Shown here: one piece after another, positions 55,283 through 62,455 of the stretch
Layout of the letters: each line of letters starts with the position of its first letter
How positions within the stretch are numbered: the first letter of the stretch is position 1
Source of the DNA: a virus
Virus record (IMG/VR): IMGVR_UViG_3300045988_066341
Direction: 5' to 3' (one strand)
Length of the DNA stretch: 64,000 nucleotides
The notes under the pieces: model-generated
Databases searched by the model: none
The model's input: the letters and a program-made list of their open reading frames with translations, nothing else
Told to the model about the DNA's origin: nothing
Made by a program: the position numbers and the translations under genes

Positions 55283-55813
55283 ATGATAAGTAAAGAGATT
55301 AACAAAGTACAGAATGAAGTTAAAAAATCAAACGAAAAGACATTAACAGGTGCAGTAAAAGCTTGGTGCAACCTGTTTAAATCTGGTAAAGAAATAAACG
55401 ACATACTAAAAGAAAATGATATTAAAGTATCAAAGGAAGTCGTTCCCGCTTTGGTTGCTTTAGCTAAAGACAAAGAAGTAGTAATACAACTTTGCAAAGA
55501 AATACTCCCACGAGTAAATAATACGTTTTGCGCATACAAGGAAGTAGAGCGTGAATACTATGATAAAAACGAACAGGATAAAAACAAAAAGCTTAAAATG
55601 AGTGAAATAGAGGATATAGCAATACTAGGATCGTCTCATAAACGCTTTGGATATAATAAGCCTATAGAGTACGATTTTGGTATATATTACGAAACGTTTA
55701 ACGGTGCAGACAAACGTATCATAAAGTGTGCCGTACCTATCAAACGGTATACATTTAATCTCATTGCAAAGTGTGTCACTTACTATTTGACACACCCCAA
55801 AAATGAAAGATAA
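55283..55813 (+). CDS. Hypothetical Lys-rich protein
   Basis: 176-aa ORF followed by a 9-bp-stem hairpin. Confidence 0.55.
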   Translation: MISKEINKVQNEVKKSNEKTLTGAVKAWCNLFKSGKEINDILKENDIKVSKEVVPALVALAKDKEVVIQLCKEILPRVNNTFCAYKEVEREYYDKNEQDKNKKLKMSEIEDIAILGSSHKRFGYNKPIEYDFGIYYETFNGADKRIIKCAVPIKRYTFNLIAKCVTYYLTHPKNER

Positions 55814-55823
55814 CAAATAATTA

Positions 55824-55850
55824 GCCCCTATATCATTTATGTATAGGGGC
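55824..55850 (+). terminator. Hairpin after 55283..55813
   Basis: GCCCCTATA-tcatttatg-TATAGGGGC with no clear T-run. Confidence 0.45.
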
Positions 55851-56372
55851 GTTATGGTAGCACACCTATGCGTTCCCGTCGCGCTACTGATTTAGACTAA
55901 ATAGGTACGATATTTGATATTTTGATATAAACATATTGCTGGTTGTTAGGGTCTCGAGAGCCAGCAATAGATAGGCCGCCGCTTAGTAATGTGGTTTAGG
56001 TACTATCCTAGTCCAGGGTAGTACTATTATCTTTAGGTTTATATCAATCCGGTAAGTACGCTAGGTTAACCTAGTAGACCGTGTAAAAACACGGGGTATG
56101 TTGGTGTATATACGCATTTATAGGGCGTATGTCCATGCGTTGCTAGAGTAACATGTATGGAGTGCATTACGGGGCTATAACCGTGCCAATATATCAAAGC
56201 AATAGTATCTAAGGTTGCTTAAATACTTGGATACTATATGTAGTATCAAAATAGCAGCCCTTACAAGGGTATTTTGTGCGGTTAAATTGACGGACAAAGT
56301 GCGCCTTGTCGATACGTATCACGGACAACGTATGTATGTATTTGGCCGGCTTCGTTGTCGGCAAAGGGACTA
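55851..56372. other. ORF-free, hairpin-dense region (candidate structured RNA or replication-origin component)
   Basis: No credible ORF on either strand. At least 10 local stems (ATTGCTGG/CCAGCAAT, GTACTATCC/GGGTAGTAC, CTAGGTTAACCTAG, CCGTG/CACGG, ATACGC/GCGTAT, AAGCAA/TTGCTT, GATACTA/TAGTATC, GATACGTATC). Confidence 0.35.
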
Positions 56373-56466
56373 ATCCAAAGGGAATAGGGGGGGGCGTGCG
56401 GGCGTTCGGTTGGTTGTATTGATAAGGCCGGCCGTATTGCCCCCGGTCTCCCGTTTCTTATTGGTG
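56373..56466. repeat. GC-rich element G (contains a G8 run)
   Basis: ATCCAAAGGGAATAGGGGGGGG ... central GGCCGGCC (56426-56433) ... CCCCCGGTCTCCCGTTTCTTATTGGTG. Confidence 0.7.
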
Positions 56467-56485
56467 CCATTAAAAAGAATAGATT

Positions 56486-56692
56486 ATGTACAAAAAAAAG
56501 TTTGATAATTTGAATAAGAAATTATCCATTCAAAAAGAAAAGGCTTTAAAGTCCATCAAAAAAGCCCAAATGGAATTTTACATTGAACTTACCAAAGAAC
56601 TATACAATTCTAATAAATTAGATTGTAGCAGGGAGTCGGACAAGTGCAGGCGGAAACGTGTTAGTTACATGGCAAACAAATTGCGGCAATAG
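56486..56692 (+). CDS. Hypothetical small helical protein
   Basis: 68 aa, followed by a strong terminator. Confidence 0.5.
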   Translation: MYKKKFDNLNKKLSIQKEKALKSIKKAQMEFYIELTKELYNSNKLDCSRESDKCRRKRVSYMANKLRQ

Positions 56693-56724
56693 ATCGTTTG
56701 TTTTTATTTGATTTTAAAGTTTGT

Positions 56725-56766
56725 GCCCTTTCGTACTGTAGTGATATAGGACGAAAGGGCTTTTTT
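56725..56766 (+). terminator. Rho-independent terminator
   Basis: GCCCTTTCGT-16 nt-ACGAAAGGGC followed by TTTTTT. Confidence 0.8.
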
Positions 56767-56982
56767 GTGCCTATATTTTACAAAATGATAGCATATTAAT
56801 ATGTTTTGCTTACATATAAAAGTTTTGAGGCGGCAAATTTTAAGCCTTGATCGAAAATGTGTAAGTAAAATGATTTATTTAGCATCATTTTGTATACATA
56901 TATATCCATGCGGACGGGTATATTGTGCCCTTATGTATGGTTTCGTGCGTGAATCGATCCTAAAAGGTATATAATAGGCGGT

Positions 56983-56999
56983 ACTTATTGTATATTTTT
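56983..56999 (+). repeat. 17-nt direct repeat copy 1 (ACTTATTGTATATTTTT)
   Basis: Identical to 57114-57130. Confidence 0.8.
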
Positions 57000-57113
57000 T
57001 ATCTATATCTGGGCTTATCTTTCCTTAGAGGTAGCTCTAAGGCTTGATATATATATTATATTGTTGATACTCAATTAATTATATTATTTGGGTATTGTTT
57101 CTAAGTTACGGAT

Positions 57114-57130
57114 ACTTATTGTATATTTTT
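57114..57130 (+). repeat. 17-nt direct repeat copy 2, abutting ATG 57131
   Basis: Identical to 56983-56999. Confidence 0.8.
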
Positions 57131-57322
57131 ATGGGTATATTTATATATTTCGTACTTACCTTGTTTTGTGGTTACATGGCGTTTGAGTTGGGGCGGTATG
57201 TTATAGCTACGGGCGACGCCCTGCCCTTAATCATAGTTCTTTTATTGGCTTTATTATCAATACATTGCATAAAGCAAATATACAAGGCAATCAAGAACAA
57301 AGACCTCGACATCCTAGACTAA
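57131..57322 (+). CDS. Small two-helix membrane protein
   Basis: ATG at 57131 (the track start at 57095 is a TTG). MGIFIYFVLTLFCGYMAF....LPLIIVLLLALLSIHC. Confidence 0.5.
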   Translation: MGIFIYFVLTLFCGYMAFELGRYVIATGDALPLIIVLLLALLSIHCIKQIYKAIKNKDLDILD

Positions 57323-57420
57323 TCGGGCGTTCCACGTGGAACAATCGGGAGGAAGGTCTTGGTTTTTGCGCTGAAAGTTGATGGGGTTGGTTTGTTTTGC
57401 GGGAGGGGACACCTCCAGAC

Positions 57421-57515
57421 AAGATAAATCAAGGTAAATCAAAGGAGATCAAAGGGAATCAAAGAAAACCAAGAGAAACCAAGGGAGATCAAGGTGAACC
57501 GAGGGAAAACGAGGA
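57421..57515 (+). repeat. Array of ~10 degenerate decamers with exact 10-bp phasing (consensus AARGRRAWYC)
   Basis: aagataaatc|aaggtaaatc|aaaggagatc|aaagggaatc|aaagaaaacc|aagagaaacc|aagggagatc|aaggtgaacc|gagggaaaac|gaggaatcca. Confidence 0.85.
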
Positions 57516-57667
57516 ATCCAAGAATCCCAAATGAAATAAGGGGAATAAGTGGGATAAGGATAACCTCCAAACAATGGTACTCTCCAATACAGATAGGGGT
57601 CTTATAGGTATGGAGGTATGTCTATGTATGGGTGTGTGTTTCTTTGGGTGATGGAGGGAGTGTAGGA

Positions 57668-57741
57668 AACCAAGGGAAACGGGCGGCGGCGATGGCGTGG
57701 GGTCGGCCCCGCTGGTCGTCCGTCCCTGTTTCCTTTTGGCG
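57668..57741. repeat. GC-rich element H
   Basis: AACCAAGGGAAACGGGCGG ... CCGTCCCTGTTTCCTTTTGGCG, about 16 bp pairable. Confidence 0.8.
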
Positions 57742-57770
57742 TTAGTGTAATATTAAAATCTGATAGTGAT

Positions 57771-58013
57771 ATGACGAAAGAGGAAGCGAAAGAAAGGTTC
57801 GGTGACAATATAATAAACAAACTATTGTCGCTTGGTGCTGAACCGACAAACGTATGCAGGAATGACGATATTGTGGAATGGTGCAGTGATGGATGCATAA
57901 AAGTGGGCGATATTGAAGTATGGGCTTACTATTACTTTTATGAAGGAGAGAACCCTGATTTATGTAATTGGGAGGATCGTATGGAGATAGAGGTAGAGGA
58001 ATGTTGGATTTAA
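57771..58013 (+). CDS. Hypothetical small protein
   Basis: 80-aa ORF, 29 nt after GC-rich element H. Confidence 0.5.
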   Translation: MTKEEAKERFGDNIINKLLSLGAEPTNVCRNDDIVEWCSDGCIKVGDIEVWAYYYFYEGENPDLCNWEDRMEIEVEECWI

Positions 58014-58297
58014 AATCGGTTGATATGAGATTCATTTATTTAATGGAGCTTAGAGGAAAGGATATATACGTAGGCGACAAGAAGTGCAAAAGAGTAAAAA
58101 TATATGTAGGCAGACCGTTGAGGGATACGCCTAAAACCTATAAACAAATAGGCGGATTTGTAGCAAAAGAACTATCCAACGCTTATAACAGCGGTTGTGT
58201 TTCCATCTATGAAGCAAAGGATAAAACGCTCAGATATTCGGTTTATCGAGACGGTTGTTTTTATCCTTATTACGGGAAATTAGAGGTGGCAGAATAA
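58001..58297 (+). CDS. Hypothetical small protein
   Basis: Start moved to ATG 58001 (the track start is a TTG at 57968). Confidence 0.45.
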   Translation: MLDLKSVDMRFIYLMELRGKDIYVGDKKCKRVKIYVGRPLRDTPKTYKQIGGFVAKELSNAYNSGCVSIYEAKDKTLRYSVYRDGCFYPYYGKLEVAE

Positions 58298-58372
58298 TAC
58301 CAAGGGGAACGCGGGCGGCTGCGGGGAGGCTGGACAGGCCTTGTCGCCAGCGCCGTCCTTTTTCCCTTGGCA
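58298..58372. repeat. GC-rich element I
   Basis: TACCAAGGGGAACGCGGGCGGC ... GCGCCGTCCTTTTTCCCTTGGCA. It fills the spacer between the stop at 58297 and the ATG at 58388. Confidence 0.8.
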
Positions 58373-58387
58373 ACAATAGAAATAAAT

Positions 58388-58861
58388 ATGGACGAAATAG
58401 AACTACTAAGATTACAAGATGAAGCGCTATCTTACCTTCGTGATAATATTACAAAGGATGAGGCGTATTATGTCCTTACGACTGACAAGGATATGATAGA
58501 GATTCTTATAGCTGATAAGAAGGACGGAAGCAAACGTATCAAGATTCTTGATATGGAATATACTATCGAGAAGGATGATATGTTATTGTTATTCGATACA
58601 GATGGGATAATAGACGAATGTCTTTTGGTTGCCAGCTACATAGGGGTAAATATGTATTTTCGCAGGCAAGATGTCAACGCTATTTTGAATAACATCAATA
58701 GAGAGAAAGTTATGAAATATCCTTACATAGCTATTCAGTTAGATAATATACAGACTATCGAAAAGCGTAGGGTTATTTTTGAGATCACCGGACATAGGAT
58801 AGATGATAACAAAGAGAAAATAGATTTTATGTTTGTTTATTTTATGGCTAGAATATTATGA
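58388..58861 (+). CDS. Hypothetical protein
   Basis: Start moved to ATG 58388. The track TTG start at 58367 lies inside GC-rich element I. Confidence 0.5.
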   Translation: MDEIELLRLQDEALSYLRDNITKDEAYYVLTTDKDMIEILIADKKDGSKRIKILDMEYTIEKDDMLLLFDTDGIIDECLLVASYIGVNMYFRRQDVNAILNNINREKVMKYPYIAIQLDNIQTIEKRRVIFEITGHRIDDNKEKIDFMFVYFMARIL

Positions 58862-59088
58862 GAGCGAGGAGGACTGTGAAGGAAAGAGATATTGTAAAGA
58901 TATTGGTATTCGGGTATGATAGGATGCTTATAAAATCCATTAAGGATTCCGGATTCAGAAGTATGTCGGATGTAATATCGTACGCCAATAATATGGTCGG
59001 GGATAAGCCCATTGATCATATTAGGGTATCAAATGAGGCTCGTGGATGGTGTGGGTCATATACTAATTATGGTAAAAGAATAGATTAG
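58858..59088 (+). CDS. Small protein, tandem paralog A
   Basis: 76 aa, alignable with 59108..59332 (..K.RD.....F..DR.....DSG........A.......I.HI.V.N....W.G.YT..GK.I). Confidence 0.5.
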   Translation: MRARRTVKERDIVKILVFGYDRMLIKSIKDSGFRSMSDVISYANNMVGDKPIDHIRVSNEARGWCGSYTNYGKRID

Positions 59089-59107
59089 TTCGATAGTAGG
59101 ATATGAT

Positions 59108-59332
59108 ATGAGAAGGATTATAAAAGAGAAAGACGATATCAAGGTATCTATATTTAGTGGGGATAGATTGGCTCGTGTTTTCATTGATTCTGGGTATAAG
59201 AATATAGCTATGGTGATAGCCGATTGCAATAGAATAGCTAATGGTTGTTATCATATACATCATATTGAGGTGGTAAATATGGATAGGGAATGGTATGGCA
59301 CATATACCGCTGATGGAAAGAAAATTAATTAA
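59108..59332 (+). CDS. Small protein, tandem paralog B
   Basis: 74 aa; see 58858..59088. Confidence 0.5.
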   Translation: MRRIIKEKDDIKVSIFSGDRLARVFIDSGYKNIAMVIADCNRIANGCYHIHHIEVVNMDREWYGTYTADGKKIN

Positions 59333-59345
59333 TATAAATAACATC

Positions 59346-59654
59346 ATGAATAATATCATAGAGAACAATGATGGGGTAAAAAGAAAGGTAAGGGTATATG
59401 ATTTCGGCGAGAAGGTCGCTGATAGATATACTATTGTATGCGTAAGTGACAGGAATAAAGATTCAAGAGGAATCTTATTTTATCCGATGTTCACTTGTAA
59501 CGAAAACCCGTCGCATCCGCAAGGAATAGGGATGTATGTAGGGGACTATTATCCTCATAAGGGAGGTATGTACAACTTAGGGAGAAGGGTGAAGGATATA
59601 ATGTCTTTGCCTAAAGAAGTGATTAGATACATAAAATGGGTAACAACAACATGA
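59346..59654 (+). CDS. Hypothetical protein
   Basis: Start moved to the first ATG after the upstream stop. Confidence 0.45.
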   Translation: MNNIIENNDGVKRKVRVYDFGEKVADRYTIVCVSDRNKDSRGILFYPMFTCNENPSHPQGIGMYVGDYYPHKGGMYNLGRRVKDIMSLPKEVIRYIKWVTTT

Positions 59655-59938
59655 ATGAAATAGTTTACAACAATTACGATTTGGTTGCTTTCGAGCAGAA
59701 TGGAGAAGTGGTAGTAGCCGTAACATTCTACAGGTATTACAAGAAGAAAGCTAAGGGCGAGGTTAATTATAGATGGAGAACCAGATGCCCGGAGCTGGTG
59801 GATAAGATCGTAAAACACCGTACCAAGGTATTTACCGGTCAACTTATCCAGTTAGCGAAAGCGTATGGGGAGAAAAAGGTTATAAAATATCAAAAGGAGG
59901 AGGAAGGAGTATGTCAAAATACGATAGAGACGCTATAG
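59651..59938 (+). CDS. Hypothetical protein
   Basis: ATGA overlap start at 59651. Confidence 0.45.
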   Translation: MNEIVYNNYDLVAFEQNGEVVVAVTFYRYYKKKAKGEVNYRWRTRCPELVDKIVKHRTKVFTGQLIQLAKAYGEKKVIKYQKEEEGVCQNTIETL

Positions 59939-60264
59939 AGATATATATACTGGATCATATAGATACAGATAATTATGGTAAGCAGTTTAAATACGATAGG
60001 GAATATATGTCTTTTATGCTTAGTGTGTTCAAGAATGAGTATAAAGAACATATCAAAAGGGATGGAATTAAGAAGGCTTTTGAGGATTACATAATGAGCG
60101 TTCCGTCTATATTCAGGATTCATATAGCGGATTGTGATATTAGATATTTATTACGTTCATGGGGAGTGGAGTTTGATGAGGATGATGATGAGATATACAT
60201 CTTATACAAGAAGATCATAAGAGAGGTCTTTTTTAAGATGTGTGAGGATATGAAAGTTTGTTAA
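59911..60264 (+). CDS. Hypothetical protein
   Basis: 117 aa, with GGAGGAGGAAGGAG just upstream of the ATG. Confidence 0.5.
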   Translation: MSKYDRDAIEIYILDHIDTDNYGKQFKYDREYMSFMLSVFKNEYKEHIKRDGIKKAFEDYIMSVPSIFRIHIADCDIRYLLRSWGVEFDEDDDEIYILYKKIIREVFFKMCEDMKVC

Positions 60265-60270
60265 TGTTGA

Positions 60271-60353
60271 ACCAAACCTTGGCGGGGCGGAAGGATATAT
60301 CATGATCGTACGTGTACGGATATGATCCGGGGTCGGTTCCCGGCGCCTTGGCA
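60271..60353. repeat. GC-rich element J (variant ends)
   Basis: ACCAAACCTTGGCGGGGCGG ... CCGGGGTCGGTTCCCGGCGCCTTGGCAC. The ends are a direct CCTTGGC rather than clean inverted repeats. Confidence 0.5.
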
Positions 60354-60376
60354 CAACTTAATTAAATATAGATAAT

Positions 60377-60775
60377 ATGGACAATGTTTTAAAAAGAGCG
60401 GCAGCGGAACTGAAAGAAGCTGGTTGCAGGGTTTTTGCGTGGCAGGATGATACTTATAATAGAAGTTGGAGTAAGGGTGATTATACGATGTTGTATTACG
60501 CCTTCCCTGATTCGCCTAACATCGGGTATCTGAGTCGTGGGGAATATGGGATGAGCGTAGCATATAGTAGAGCCTATATACCGAGCCGTGGAAGTGGATC
60601 GGGATGTCGTGTCAAGGAGGAAGCTACGTTTGACCTTGAGACGGCGTTAGACGTGCTGAACGGACCGTTACCTAGGTGGTGTAGGTCTTATGGGGTTTAT
60701 CCAAAGCAGTACGATAATATTGATAAATGGTATAATAGCGATAATCATAACAAAAAATTATTTAAGGAAATTTGA
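60377..60775 (+). CDS. Hypothetical protein
   Basis: 132-aa ORF, 23 nt after GC-rich element J. Confidence 0.5.
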   Translation: MDNVLKRAAAELKEAGCRVFAWQDDTYNRSWSKGDYTMLYYAFPDSPNIGYLSRGEYGMSVAYSRAYIPSRGSGSGCRVKEEATFDLETALDVLNGPLPRWCRSYGVYPKQYDNIDKWYNSDNHNKKLFKEI

Positions 60776-60776
60776 T

Positions 60777-61001
60777 ATGGAAGTAAAGGATTGGGAGAGT
60801 TTGGTTTTGAATACAGAAGTAGGAATGCACTGTTTTGTTACATTAGCTGACGATAAGGATATTAGCAGGGGATATGCGCAAATCAGACGCGCGGAGCATT
60901 TCGGATATAACATCTGCTTCACCCGGTTATATGGAAATAAGTTTTATTTCGAAAAAATAAAAGAAGGTCGTACACAACAATATATCAATAGGAGGAAATG
61001 A
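60777..61001 (+). CDS. Hypothetical small protein
   Basis: ATG at 60777, right after the upstream TGA. Confidence 0.45.
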   Translation: MEVKDWESLVLNTEVGMHCFVTLADDKDISRGYAQIRRAEHFGYNICFTRLYGNKFYFEKIKEGRTQQYINRRK

Positions 61002-61002
61002 T

Positions 61003-61503
61003 ATGGTGATAGAGTTTGATTTTGAGATATACAAAAACGGAGATTACGATAAGGTATATCTCCGCAACGGGAAAGAGCCAAGAATATTATGTGATAATGG
61101 GAAGGGTAATCGTCCTATAGTCGTGATGGTTGAGGATGATAACGCGGATGATTATATTATTCTACGTTATAACGAAACTGGCAGGAGAAATATCAATAGT
61201 CAATCGAGTCTCGATCTTATGTTATCGGTAAAAGAACGGGAGCCAGAGTTGTGGGTTGTTGTTATATCTTACATGGATAATAAAGATAAGAGACAAAAGA
61301 TGGTCTTGCCTAATTTTTTCTCAAAGAATATAAGAGGGAATATATATCTTCAAGGAAGCTCTAAATCAAGTGTATCATATTATGTTGATAAGTTAGAAGA
61401 AGATAAGTGCTTCGATGAGCTATGCGAGAAGATAAGGGTAAAGAGAGATCGTATTTATAACATGGAAATAATATCACTATCAGATGACGAGGCGACAGTT
61501 TAA
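61003..61503 (+). CDS. Hypothetical protein
   Basis: 166-aa ORF with 1-nt spacing. Confidence 0.5.
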   Translation: MVIEFDFEIYKNGDYDKVYLRNGKEPRILCDNGKGNRPIVVMVEDDNADDYIILRYNETGRRNINSQSSLDLMLSVKEREPELWVVVISYMDNKDKRQKMVLPNFFSKNIRGNIYLQGSSKSSVSYYVDKLEEDKCFDELCEKIRVKRDRIYNMEIISLSDDEATV

Positions 61504-61726
61504 TCAGTTGATAAATGAGCTAGACGGCAAAAGCCCGTTTATCGTATTACATAGGGATGCCGTTGCGCCTAAATACGTGGGCGTGGAGGTGTCGAAGGAT
61601 GGGATGGTATACAGATATGCGATAATAGGGATAAACGATGAGTATAAGGCTAAAAAAGCCCTTATTTCGAAAATATTAGGCATAGCTAGTTACCTAAATG
61701 GCAATAAGCCCTTAAAAAAGGGTTAA
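61484..61726 (+). CDS. Hypothetical small protein
   Basis: 80-aa ORF. Confidence 0.4.
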   Translation: MTRRQFNQLINELDGKSPFIVLHRDAVAPKYVGVEVSKDGMVYRYAIIGINDEYKAKKALISKILGIASYLNGNKPLKKG

Positions 61727-61903
61727 TTAGATGTATTTATGACCTGCGGCATCATATACGATATAATGCCATAAATGACGTTGTATAGAGGATATGTATG
61801 ATAATATGATAGATAACGCATTCGTGTCTTGATATCATAATATTATGCCATTATATCCTCTTTTTGTATAAAAAAGATAACAAATGATACAAACATCTTG
61901 AAT

Positions 61904-62455
61904 ATGGATGAAATTAAGATAGGAGCTGAAATTGTATTTAATATAACCGGCAACCATAATATAGGATATGCCAAAGGGGAAAAGTATATCGGGACGGTGT
62001 TAAGCAAGGATCACCGATCACGTCTTTATGTACGGACAATAGGAATGCCTAGGGCTTGTATTGATGAGCGGGATGTAGAGTGGGTTATTGATCCAGATGG
62101 GGATTTTGATATGGATGAGGCGATCCCGAATCCTGTGGCAAGGGAGTTGTATAAGTTGATGGGTAGGTACGTTTATACGTTCGGTAGGTCTCATGAAAGT
62201 ATCAATGGCTATATCGTGTACGAGTGTATGATGATGGACAGGGATTTAAGATATAATGTTATGTATGCGTTGCATGATCATGGATTTGAGATACGGCATA
62301 TTGATAGCTATTCTTGGTGGATGACTAATGAGAGGCTGATGTCAGAGGTAACATATACGGAGGGGGATATTCATATAATTGTTCATGAGTGTATGGAAGA
62401 TTATGTGGATAATGTGAAATTCGGGGAGGAGTTTTATAAAAACAAGGGAACGTGA
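61904..62455 (+). CDS. Hypothetical protein
   Basis: ATG at 61904 (the track start is a TTG at 61898). Confidence 0.5.
   Translation: MDEIKIGAEIVFNITGNHNIGYAKGEKYIGTVLSKDHRSRLYVRTIGMPRACIDERDVEWVIDPDGDFDMDEAIPNPVARELYKLMGRYVYTFGRSHESINGYIVYECMMMDRDLRYNVMYALHDHGFEIRHIDSYSWWMTNERLMSEVTYTEGDIHIIVHECMEDYVDNVKFGEEFYKNKGT

Noticed and set aside
57421-57565. Possible CRISPR array (also considered for 63865-63999)
   Set aside because: The units are contiguous 10-nt or 27-nt repeats with no spacers. The second array is in-frame coding sequence. No cas genes are present.
61783-61875. Long AT-rich imperfect hairpin (AGAGGATAT...ATATCCTCT plus TTTTT) upstream of 61904..62455, considered as an AT-rich counterpart of the GC-rich elements
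   Set aside because: It lacks the CCAAGG caps and the internal modules. It may simply be a terminator for 61484..61726. It was not pursued.
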